Below, piece by piece: positions 20,541-20,597 of a stretch of 20,597 nucleotides of DNA. The stretch spans positions 1-20,597 of the forward strand of contig NW_021823904.1 in assembly GCF_006345805.1 (NCBI RefSeq), read 5' to 3'. Numbering within the stretch: the first letter of the stretch is position 1; the number at the start of each line of letters is the position of its first letter. The translations under genes were made by a program, and so were the position numbers. This stretch comes from Octopus sinensis. Its lineage: Eukaryota. Under the pieces are notes generated by a model. It was not told the origin of the DNA. It saw only the letters and a program-made list of their open reading frames with translations, and ran no database searches.

Positions 20541-20597
20541 CTCTTCATACAAGAACCTGGCTAGCAAAATGCTGGGAATGCTACACATTATGATTCA

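Overview
Repeat-dominated, apparently non-coding eukaryotic window. The SINE families and microsatellite load look like Octopus/coleoid cephalopod DNA (recognition-based inference). No intact host gene is supported, and nearly all listed ORFs are translated microsatellites or antisense frames of repeats. Identifiable content: five tRNA-headed SINE families (my labels A-E), a 5'-truncated CR1-type LINE 3' end, a frameshifted hAT/Charlie transposase remnant, a TTAA-flanked piggyBac-type MITE, a foldback element built of 16-bp subrepeats, a cryptic 24-bp degenerate array and long simple repeats. The most notable signal is a tRNA-headed SINE (family E, two copies in inverted orientation, 8628-9199). 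Its 3' part carries a minimal type I hammerhead ribozyme of the Penelope-associated kind. Other points of interest are modular SINE tail swapping, headless SINE multimers sharing one junction, and long inverted SINE pairs that could form dsRNA.
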